DNA of 64,000 nucleotides, taken from contig NC_092672.1 of the NCBI RefSeq assembly GCF_964355755.1, forward strand, positions 8,556,001 through 8,620,000, in the 5' to 3' direction. The position numbers were made by a program, and so were the translations under genes. Below are positions 25,296 through 37,800 of the stretch, piece after piece (the stretch's first letter is position 1; each line of letters starts with the position of its first letter). This stretch comes from Antedon mediterranea. Lineage: Eukaryota > Animalia > Echinodermata. The notes under the pieces were generated by a model. That model saw only the letters and a list, made by a program, of their open reading frames with translations, was not told where the DNA came from and searched no databases.

Positions 25296-25850
25296 TACAA
25301 AAGTAGTGAGGGTTATGAAATGTATAGTTTAATGAACCTTTATGACTGTTAGTCTTATACAGTTTTGAAAAGGTTAAATATCAATGAAAGACTAACTATA
25401 CAAAAAATAACCAAAAAAACTTTAATTTGTCTTAAAATAAAAAAAAAACTTGCGTTTCTTCAAGATTTTTAAAGGATCTTCTTAAAATGTCAAAGAGTTT
25501 TATACAAATCTACAATTTTCATGATTCTATTGCAATGCAGTAAGGTATGGCAGCAATTTTAACCATTTTCTAAAATTCTACATTATACTGTATAGCCACA
25601 AAAAAATCTTATACAGTTGCCTCAATAAATTATGTATCAGGACCATGGTTTACAATACAACAAAGCACACTCAATAATGGCATGACAAGGCATTTAATTT
25701 TATTACTGTATGTAGAAAAAAGACAGCTTTTAGCATCTGGAAGCGCTTTGTGTGTGCACAAGATCTTCATATTTGATTAACAGCCACACTCTGTACTGAA
25801 TTGATAAATAATATTCAGATGTCTATTTCATATTTTGTCTCTTTTTCTGC

Positions 25851-28800
25851 TCAGCAAAATTCTTCATCACCAGATAGATCACTGTTGAAAAATAGGTGGT
25901 GAATAAAAATAAAATAGGAAAAACACAATGGTATTATTAAATTATGCAGATGATACGAGTTGGTTCTCGACAAAACACAAATGTGATGGTACTGCACCTA
26001 CACCATTACATAGGGGCTTTTAATTGCAATTGCACTGTTAATTCATTGTGCACATGTAGAGAAATTGGGAAAACTGTTATGTGTAGGTTCTAGATCTAGG
26101 TTCTATTTAAATTTATTTTATTGTCAATTATTGATATCATTGTTCCAATGACATATGTCCTAAGCAATGCTCCTAGGAAAGAAAGATTGTTTCAAATCAG
26201 AAGCTCCCTTTGTGTTTCAGTGTGAATTTCGACCACATAATTAATAGTTTAAACGATGATCATGAATGACACTAAACACAATCAAAACAATGGTGTAATG
26301 ATGGTTTATATGATTAAGATAAATGTGTACCTGGCTTCTAATTCTTGCTCTAAGTTTCCAAGGAGCTGAGGAGCATTATCCAGCATTAAAGAGTACAGTT
26401 GATCCAAGTACTGCTTCTGGCGACTTGCTTCCAAAGACTCTGCTCGAAATACTTCAAGGATTTCAGACTGAAAACAAAACATAAATTAATGGTAAAGAAT
26501 TTAGTACAACTTGAAATGGGCTGTTGTTGAGTTTGGTATCAAAACTGGAAATTGCAGATAACAAATCATCCTAATTAAAACACTCATTTGTTTCAGTTTT
26601 ATGGCTCAGACTGGATTTGAGTAAACTAAACAACATGCTGCAGAAACTTGGTATTCATTAATGTATTATACAACTACTTTTACATGTAATATTAAAAACC
26701 ACAAGCCTAACATACATTTACATATGTACAGGAGTGGAGTTGTGGCTTGGTGGTTATGTGCTTGGCTACCACTCCAAGGGTCCTGGGTTCAAGTCCTGTC
26801 ACATGTCAGGATTTTTTCTAAGGACCAAATTACTTCCCTCCCAAAGACTTGTAATAAGACTTAGTTTATGTAGAGCATCTTGTGTATATGTTTGTCTTGT
26901 GAACCTCTGAGGGTCCCTAATGATCAGCAATAGCTGGATGGATCACCCTCATTAAAAATGGTGTTAAAAAAATCCAAAAAAAAAAAAATCGTTCTTTTTC
27001 AATAAACGTTCAGTTTGAAAAGCGCTGCAGTGAAAAAATCGTTCTTAATTGAGAATTTGGGATTTGAAAAACAATCGATTAAGTGTGAAATTATTATTAT
27101 TATTTTTTTTTAAACTCTGTCTCTACACTATCAAACCAGTTTAACAAAAAAATTGTGATCCTAAATATGGTAGTGATACAATCATCTTGTCCATGTAGGC
27201 ACATTTTTTTTTTTTTTGTCACATAAAGTTCATAGTGTAGACAGCGCTTTAGAACAGTGTTAAGAGACTCCCTGTACTGTATTTAAAAATGGGATGGACC
27301 GCCACTCTTGACAAACATACCTTTGATGAACCTTTGAGAGCCTCCCATAGTGGGATATCCCCTTTACCATCAATAGCATCCACACCACGTGTACTTTTAG
27401 TTACGTCAGTTAATTCTTGCAGTGCCACATCACGTTCACTTGTAAGCTTTTCAATCAATTTATCCTGTTTTATAAAGAAAAACATAAATGGGTAATAAGT
27501 ATCATAATATTATCTTATAAACTGATTTAATGTTATAATACAGTATCAAATATCAATATCAAACTGACAATAAAAACAACATTTTTTAAGTAATTTATAT
27601 CACCTGCTGCTTTCACGGATTTTCCAGAGCTCAAAGAGCTGGAAAAAAAAGCAGCAGCTGATAGAACTACTTTAAAAATAGTTCGGAGTTCCAAAATGTA
27701 TAAAAAAAACCATTATTATTACAAATGCAGGATACTGTATGTATTTGAAGGAAAATAACGTAAATCAAATAAATGCAAAACAATTTTTCTTTCTTCCTAT
27801 ATATAGCAATCTTACTATCATATCTACGGAAGCCCGTTCGGGCCACAAGTTAACTATATTTTAAAAGCCGTTATCTGGCGGCCTCCACTTAAGTATCTGG
27901 CGGCCGCCACTTAATTATCTGGCGGACGTACATGTCCCGTCACGTGACATGTACGTGCATTGGATCAGAGGCGATGTTGCATGCAATAAAAGGCAGGCAA
28001 TGCAATCATGATTAGGCAGGTTGCCTACCTTTTCCAATGTTTAGTCAACCTGCCGTCGTAGCATGTGCATAATCATGATTTCATTGCCTGCCTTTTATTG
28101 CATGCAACATCGCCTCTGATCCAATGCACGTACATGTCACGTGACGGGACATGTACAAATTATTAAGTGGCGGCCGCCAGATAACAGCTTTTAAAATATA
28201 GTTAACTTGTGGCCCGAACGGGCTTCCGTACATATCTGTTCTTATTGTATTAATATGTAAAGCAACTTTGCTATATAAATGTGGTATTTTTATTATTTAT
28301 ACAAAAACAGTACATCAGGCTGACAATATGTAAAACATAAATTTATTATTTACAATAATCATACTATAATTTATGAATTAAACAAAGCTTATTATATAAT
28401 TTCTAATCAAATTTAAACTATACAGAAGTAACTTTATCAACTCTTTGAGGGATTAATGTTCAACAAGATACAAATGTGAGTAATTTGACACTATTAGTTT
28501 TCTCCCTTTGTGACTGTTTGTTTTCACTTTATTATATTATGCTTCTCACCTTGTTGTCAGATTCTAATGATATTCGCTTTAATTCGTCAGACAACTGTAA
28601 TGTTTCAGCCTTCAAAAGAAAAGCAAAAGTTTACAATTATTATAAATAATAATGTCATTGTCTACATTAATGCTGTAATTGTCTCAATTTTATAATAATA
28701 ACATTCAATTAATGTATTACAAATGTTTTTTATTTTTCATCTCCATGGTCAAGTATAGGTAGTTATTGAATTATACTGTATTTATTCATGATTTACAGTA

Positions 28801-31800
28801 TGTCAAGATAGTAAGATAATTGTTTGTTAAACACATGGTAAAAAAACCCATTGAGGCCTCTATACTGTATTACAATATGCAAAAAACCTCAATGCGCTTA
28901 ACAGTATAAAACAAAATGCAGTTAAAATGGAGAGTTTTCAAAACAGCCTTAAAATAAGTAAATGAAGTTTCAAAGGAGACAGAGATCTAGGTTCTTAGAC
29001 TTTCTACACTATCAGTTTGACAAAAAAGTGTGATGTGCCTACCGTAAATATGGCAGTGATATGTCCAGATATGGGCACATCATATTTTTTTGTCACATAA
29101 AGTTTGATAGTGTAGACAGAGATTTTGAAAATAATATGCTTTGTTAACTTTTGAATGAACGCGCATAAATTCTGAACCAGATCGCTGAGGCCTCTATGAT
29201 GAAAGGACTTGAAGATAAATACCAAAATAACTTATTTTTCCATGGTAAAGAGAAGGTTATTTGTGGTAATCCCATAATATTTCAATTTAACATATGAAGA
29301 GAAATAATTTTAAAATAAATTCAACCTGGTGGCGTCAGTCCTGACAAGGACACATTCTACTCAAAATTAATCCAGTTCTGCTGGATTTTTAAATAACAAC
29401 ATGTTTAACCATAGAAGGGAATGTCCAAATATATGAATACCATACTTGTTTTGAAATGTGTTATGTTTTTGGGTAGAAAACTGCCTGGGAACACAGCATG
29501 TTGAGTACACATTATGTCATAATACAATGCGTCACCCTTAGATTGACACATGGGGACACAAACTATAAATACATCTGGATAGCGTCTGAGGCCTGATTGC
29601 TGATTGTCATAATATGTTATTCTAAACTCACTCCTACACAATTCCTGTTTGTTTTCAATAATAAGGAATAAGAGTTACCAGAATGAGACAATGAGAATTG
29701 TCAATCAACTTGGTATATGAACTTGATATACTGGCGTAAAGAAAACTGATACATTCTTTTTTTTATTGGATGATACAAACCATTTCAGCTAGCATTGACT
29801 GATTAAATAAAAAACTGGAAACTGAGGTCTGCTGTATTTATGTTCATACACTAATTTTAATATCAAGCAATTGACGTATTCGATTTGGGTGACTTTTTTC
29901 TTTTTTATTTGAATGGCAATAACCGCAAGCTTATTCATTACGTATTTTACTGAACACTCATCAGAAAACACTAATGAAATTCCTATTTAAATTTGGCAAT
30001 TGCAAAAAAGAACAGTCACTCTTTCTTTTTTACCTCAAAAGAGTTCCTCTGCATCTCTAACCTCTCCAGTTCCTTCTGCCGTTGCTTAAGACTTCCTCGA
30101 ATGAGAGGGATTTCCTTAACCTGCTCTGTTAGCACATCACAATGGCTGTCTTTGTTTGTCAGGCGGCTTTGTAACTCATTTACTACACTGCGTAGCTGGT
30201 CAGCCTCTCCAGCCCTTTCTTCTAGCTCTACTAGCCTAAATAGTAAATAAGAAACTAAGTTTAACAGCGGTTTCAGTTTCAATGAGTTATATAGAATGTC
30301 TATTAAGGAATGAAAACATAATTGGTAGAAGGGAACAATAAATATTCATATTAATAATGAATAATCATAATAATTCAATAACATGCATTCATTGAAACTA
30401 ATATAATGAATACCTTAATCGGTGAATAGTCATATACTTATATACTCAAAACACTTCATAGAATATAATTAGGGAATGAAGACTCATTGTATATCAATGA
30501 CAATGAATATTCATTAATCAGTGACACATGAATATTCATTACATGTTAATGACACTATAACTTTTCATACCTTTGGACATCCTCTGACAATCGTTTGTTC
30601 TCAGTCTTTGTAATATGCACCTGCTCTTTCAATATTCTTAGTTCCTCTTTCATTCTAGTGTATTCTCTTGTCTTCTCCACTTCATCCTCTTCCTCCTCGT
30701 TACGGATTAGAACCAGTTGAATCTGGTGAGTTCCGTTGAGCCGCGTGTTTACTTGTGACAATGGCATTCTCAGAACATTCTCGCCATTGATTTCAAACAC
30801 CCTAAATTAAAAAATAAATAATAATTTATAGGTCCATGATTAGACCAGTTGTATACCATATATGACAGCATTGCGAATAAAAGTACACTGCGGTTGTACT
30901 TCTTTTAATAGCTGTGTTCACTCACAGAAATAAGAGCTGGTGTAATTGTGCTTCACTTACACCTTTCTTTAAACTGTGACGTACCTCTGATATCACTCTA
31001 CAAGGAAAGGTACATCTTATGTAAACTTTACCAACATTAGTAAAGTGATAAAACAGATTATAACATGAGTATATAGATGTAATTTTTGCGTTTGAACGCA
31101 GAACAAGAAAAAACTACAATTTAACTCTGATAGACTGTAATTTCACTCCGATAGACTGTAAATTAACTCTGATAGACTGTAATTTAACTCTGATAGACTG
31201 TAATTAAACTCAGACAGAGAAAAGAGCATGTACATGTGGTGAACCACAAATGAGACACTTACCTGTCGCCAACCTTCATGATACCTTTTGAATCACAAGT
31301 ATGGACGTACACTCCTTTCTGGTCAGTCCTAGTGGTGAAACTAAAGCCATAGCCATTCACTCCTTTCTTGATCTGCATTGCTACAAGGCGACTACGTTGC
31401 TTTGAAGAGAGTAATGGGAACACAGGAGCACGCTGGCGTTTACTTCTAGCCTGAAAATTAAATTTTTCTGGATTTAATGACTTTTAAAATTAGTTGCATT
31501 TTTGAGAAAGACAATCATGCACTGTTAACATTATAAAGAAAAACAAGAACTTCAATAAACAATGCACTACCACTAAATATTTCATATTGCTGATTTCTGG
31601 CAGTATTTAGGGAATATTATAACATTTTCTTTTATTTCTGGCATACATGAAATAAACTACTGTATACAAACTAAAAAAGGAAGTAAAATAGTGTATAAGT
31701 AAATAACAAGCATAAATATGGTACAAAAATGCCTATTCTAAATAAAACTTTGAAAAACTGTATGATTCTCTAAGGTAATAAAAGTTTAAAATGTATTTGT

Positions 31801-34800
31801 CCACTGTGGCTCAAGAGTAGATTAAAAACAGAAATGTGCAATGTCAAATAATTATAACGTGCCGAAAGAAATTAAAAATGAAAGTTCAATAAACTGACAA
31901 TGATGAGAGTAAAAGGTAATTAAAGGGTTTAAATTGCTTGAAGTATTAAATGAATGACAGAGATAAGTACACAAATACTTAAAGAATAAGTATTATCTGT
32001 AACAGAACTCTGTAATACGTAAGGATGACAGGAAAGACACCCTCATGTACGCTTTCACGTGATCACATAAACTTTCCCTTTAAAAGGTTTGAAATGATAA
32101 AGAATTTGATAATGCATGAAATAATTAGGTTTCATGCTAAATGCAAAAGATAAAGACATATTTCTGGAAATTGTGTAGAAATTCATAATCATTTTCAAAC
32201 AGCTTCTTACCCATGGCCATGCGGTGACTTAAAATTAAAAACCAAAGATACAATACATAAAAAAAAACACACAGAAAATGGGCAAACTTTGTTTAGGGCC
32301 TATATCATTTAATAATCATAAACAGAAAATAATGAAACATATAATTTAAATATATAAATTATAATATAACATATCTGATTGGCATAATACAAAACAAACG
32401 AAAAGCAAAGAAAAAAATTGGTTCACGATATAATAAAATATATATGAATAAGAATATATAATATAAATAATTTGAATATGTATAAAATTCAATCAGTTTA
32501 CATAATGAAATTCTGTGATCAAGGTTAACATTAAGATGTATGTTAAATACACTTTTAATATGGCTTGTTTTTCACAAAAGGCTAGTTTAGGCTTATTTAC
32601 TATCACTTGCACTAGATTGAACGATAAATTCAAGAAAAATGAGTTTGTTTGATCCAAAAACTAACCTTTTCTGCAGCCACTTCTTGGTCAGCTTTAGCTA
32701 ATTCAATTCTGGATAAAAGACTAGTCTGCTGTTGTTTGAGTGCAACCAGTGTTGACTCTTCCATGGCTAGTTTGTATTCCAACTCAGCTTCCCGCTCTGT
32801 GTTCTCATTGTTCCTAGAATTCCAGTGAAGGATTTTGTTGAGAACGGATGTCGTGTTCCATGTTGGGTGCCAATCGGAATAAGCCCGGATTGACGATAGC
32901 CAGCCTCGGTTGTTTTGATTGCTTCCGCGACTGTTGTGAATGAATGAACGTCAGTTAGCAGTGGGGTCAACATTTTTAAATGACCAAGAGACCCATGCTA
33001 AATTTGACCCATGCCATCATTGACCATGCTCTGTCTGAAGTCTTAAATAATTTCTTGACTTATTTTGTAATACTTTTTTTCATTATTCAGAAATGTATTA
33101 TAAATATAGGAAAATGCCATGCTCAAATTTTGTTTACAGTGACTGTCCGTATAAAGGTGCTACAACATTTTACAGGCAATCTTTCTCCTGTAAGTTTATT
33201 TTTTTAAATGGAAATTAATTGATTCAATGATTACAATCAAGGTTTAAGTTCTCAAAATCCAAAAAAAGATAATACATTTCATAAATTTACATTTTTTTAA
33301 ATGTTTTTCATCCATGCCTTTTTTCTGCATATCTTCATATCAGTTCAGAACATTCTACTGGACCCATTCCATTCACAAGCAGAGAGGAAACATTCAGACG
33401 ACCTTGCAGGTAATAATCGTTTTCCCTATGGAACATTCCATTATACAAGCAGCATGCAGGTATTTCTATCCTCATATCCAAATGAAAAGTTTTATATAGT
33501 CTTTATTCCAATAATTATCTTGTATTTTTAAGTTTTGAATAATTTTTTACAGTAGAAACTGGTCTTTGAAACCTCTTTAGAAAATTTCCAAAGAAACGAA
33601 CAAGGGGAAATATATGTTTTAACAGTACAGCCAACCCTTATTCAAAGGACTCTTTATTAAGGGGATATTTTGTTGGGTCTCAAAGATGTAGTGTAATTAA
33701 AATAGTATAATTGTGTAAATGAATATTTAAGAGGTTTTTTAAGTTAATAGGGTATTACATTCTTTTATCATTCTCAATGCTTACACAACCCACGTGCAAA
33801 ATACTTACGTTTCTTTATTATCAGTTTCATCGTTGACCTGCTGGTGCAGCTGTTTGATACGGACTTCTTTTAACCGAATGTCTTGTTTCACTTGATCTAA
33901 ACGCGTTTCGAGATCTTTGATAGCGAGCTGGTGCGAGTCTGAAACAATATCAAGAAACAATAAGCGTTTACACAATGAAAATAGGAAGATAACTGGTTGA
34001 GCCTTTTTAGTCTGCTGTTGTTATGCTAATGAGCTAAACAAGTCCAATCAGTGCAAGCTCAGAATTGCCTTACATGAAAACAATCAATTGTAGCTATATT
34101 TTACATTTCTGCTTGGTGAATGGTTTTGTACTTTATGTAACTGAAACAAACAAGAATTTAAAGCTACACTATCAAATACTGTAGTCTGGCAAAAAAAGAG
34201 TGATGTGCTCAAATATGGTAGTGATATGCTATCATCGTGTCCATATATGGGCCCATCACATTTTTGTTGTCAGACTATTTGATAGTATAGACAGAGCTTT
34301 ATATTCTTGTTTGTTTCAGTTACATAAAGTTTGATAGTGTAAACAGAGCTTAAAGCAGTAGCTTTTCACTCACCAAAACCATCATCTGCTTGATTTTTAT
34401 CAGGTTTTTGACGATTCTTCATATCTTTCTCATGTTGTTGAAAAGCATCCTCCAGTTGTGACAGTGCCTTCTGGACCACTGAGAACTATTTATTTAACAG
34501 AAATTAATTAATAGATAAGTATAAGTATTTTAATAAAATTGAACCAAATATATATATAAAAAAATAACGCATTTATATAGACCCATTTCACAGAAATGTA
34601 ATACAAATCTTTCATTTTTGTTGGTTATAAGGATGAGACAATGAAAGTGCTCTAAAAAGAAGAAAAAGAATTGACAATGTTGACTACCAGAACAGGAAAA
34701 CATCATCATAACATTTTTTAAATCTGTAATGAACAGACATTCATGGAAAGTTCTAACAGATAAGTTACTGATCTAGTTTCGCTCATTTTAGTGACTATGG

Positions 34801-37800
34801 ACCTGATCTGCAGAAAACATGTATATTTCTGACACAGCAATAAAATATTACTTATTTTAGTATCAAACAACTCTTCTAAATATAACTTAATCTAACCCTC
34901 TAAATAATCTTAATCAACTTTTTAAAAAGGAAACGCACAACTATTTCCTGCTATACCAACATGCGCCTTAGTGGCATCACAACCTGGGTCATAAAACTGT
35001 GATACTTAATATTAATATTAACAATTTTTATAATTTTGTATATCTTCTCGTGGAGTCATCCTAGTTATCTTATCTGATGACCCGATAATGATGTAATCCA
35101 AGGAAATATATCCATCAATTGTTGTGGAATAAATAGCAGCATGTACCAGTCGGTGTGACTGTGAATATGACCTGTACTGTATATCGTCTGTATGTCCACA
35201 CAATGCTAATCTATAGGTCACGGCTTACTAGGCCAAAATGTGTAAATCATTTTCAAACATATATATTATTATATACAGTAAATATGTATTGAATGAAGTA
35301 AGTGTGTTAAAGAAAGTGTTAGTCTGCGTGTCTGTCCACATAATGATACAGGTCATGGCTACTACCTACACTTAAAATTTACAAACAATTTACATATTGT
35401 AGATTAAATAAAATTATTGAATTAAATCTTATCTCAACATTAAAAATTAGTACTACATGAAGGACAAAAGAAAATTATTGTAAGTAATTTATTCCATTGT
35501 ATATCTAAGAATATTAAGTTACTAATGAATTGTACTATAAACTATTAAACAACACACACAAGTGTTCACTACAGTAAGTGTTTCATAAACAAACTTAGAT
35601 AGTATTTAAATAATAATATTTATATATATATTCATATGTAAGATATATGAGAAAAAAAAGGAAAATAAAAAAAAAATAAAAAAAAAAAATAAATAAAAAA
35701 CTAGTAAAAAAAAAATGAAAATAAAAAATGCTTGAGGCTCAGTTGTGCACTACCCTGCATTTATAATGTGTTATACGTGTTTTTTTGTATCAATTATTAG
35801 TAACAGTGTATAATAATATGGGCTTATTGTCACCTGTTTTGCTTTATCTTGCAGCCGCAAGTTCTCATAACGCAAAACTTGTATCGTTGTCTCTCGGTCA
35901 TGTAATTCCTTCTGATATGTCTCAAGCTCATTTTGATCCTATAAACAAAAAACATATAAAAATAAGTATTTCTGCTATAAACTTAATTGCAGATGCTATC
36001 ACAACATCAAAAGGTTTCTGAGCATGTGCAGATTCCTAAAAAATTGGTTTTGCTTTGTCATTGCGTTTGTCATTTTACTATCACGCTTTTTTTTCTCTGG
36101 CAACGCCCTATAGGCCTACTGAGTTAATTATCAACTTAAACGCTACTGAACTTTTATCAATAATTTACAAATAAAAAATATCCTCAACATGTGCTGAGTA
36201 ATTATGTAAAATCATTTATCATTACAGATATTTTATAAAAATAAAAACAATATTAGATTAAAAAAGCCTGTTCATCTATTAAGGTTACTTATAGTCCCAT
36301 GTTGATAAAAATGACATTTAATAATTGTGTTTATCATTGTGATCAGTTTGACAGGAATAAACAGAGAATGTCAGGTCAGATGAGGATGTTTAAAAGAAAA
36401 ATAAAATTACAAAGAATGATTACCTCGCGCGCCTTACTAAGAGTCGACGTTGAAGACAAGGTGATCTTCTCCGGGGAGTTTACTCTCTTTATTTTCGGTT
36501 TAATTAATAACGACTGCTCGATGTTTGCCATCTGAAAAATGGTCATAAAACAAAACGGCCATTTTAAAACTTTGCATTGATATAAAATACACAATTTACA
36601 CACTATTCCAATGTTAGCATTTTCCATTACAGTCGGTCTCATCTTCCACAAACTTATAAAAACAAACGCAACAAAATAGAATATAATTAAAAATTATAAA
36701 ATAAAATAGTTAATGAAAGAGGATGATCTTGTTTTCAGATTACTTTTTGGTGGTTGTTAAAGCAGTACACTTATTAGTAAAGACAATTTTATACTGTAGA
36801 GGGACAAGACTGAATAGGTAAAGTTGACCAAATTTTACAGGTTTATGCTTGAATAATGTGTTTGCCTTGTATTATCCATGTTTTAGTTTCCTAATTCTTT
36901 ATTAAGCCAAAGTTAAATTCTATAATCTCAGGCAGGCTGTAAAACAAATACTATACCTACCTAGTATTAACACATTAAATTAATTGACAGATCATTCAAC
37001 ACGATCCTCATTAAATACATTATGTTTTAAACATTACTCATATTATTAATGTATAAAAATTACCCTAGTAAACTTTCTTTCACCTTTCAAACTGACCTCA
37101 TAAAATTATTAATCACAAATGTATCATGGTGATTAGTTTTTGCTTAAATTTTTCTAAGTGATGGTAGGCGGGTGGGGCATTAGGGAGATATCATTGCTGG
37201 GGCAAGGTTGCTAAATCCCTGTGGTATACCAATCATTCAACCATACATACGAACGTTGAACATAGCTTTCAAATATCAAGTCACTTCTATTGAGGTTGTC
37301 AATTATTAACCACCTTTGTAAATAATGATTAACTTCCCAGGGTCCGGGGCCCATCAACGGGGTACTATTCCCCAAGGACAGGGAGAAGAACGACGACTCC
37401 ACAGATGTGATTACCGTATTCGAGACACAGATTCTACGTTCGAGTTCATTCATTTATTTACATGATAATCAATTTATTATTTTTAGGATTTACATGATGT
37501 ATTATGTGCAATGAACTGTGACGGAGTGCAAAAACAGGGATTAGTATGGGGTTAAGATGGTCGAAAAGGTCAACACACTTTAATAATGGTAAAAAATAAG
37601 TCGGTTAAGATGATGGCAGGGTTCAACAGCATACAATAGCACTTCAATTCAAGTCATTGCCATTTTGATGTCGAGTTTAATTATTATTTTTCACATATTC
37701 TTCACATGAATGGAGATGATTGAAAAAATAGTGCCAAAGTAAATAAGAAAATCATAACAAAAGTGTGGCGATGAATAAAACGAAGTTGAGTTGAATGTAA

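Noticed and set aside
26730-26805. tRNA gene
   Set aside because: A and B boxes are present but there is no intact acceptor stem. It continues into a SINE body and poly(A), and diverged copies occur elsewhere.
33310-33500. GC-richer intronic block as an extra exon
   Set aside because: No open, phase-compatible exon on the minus strand; the flanking exons join in frame without it.
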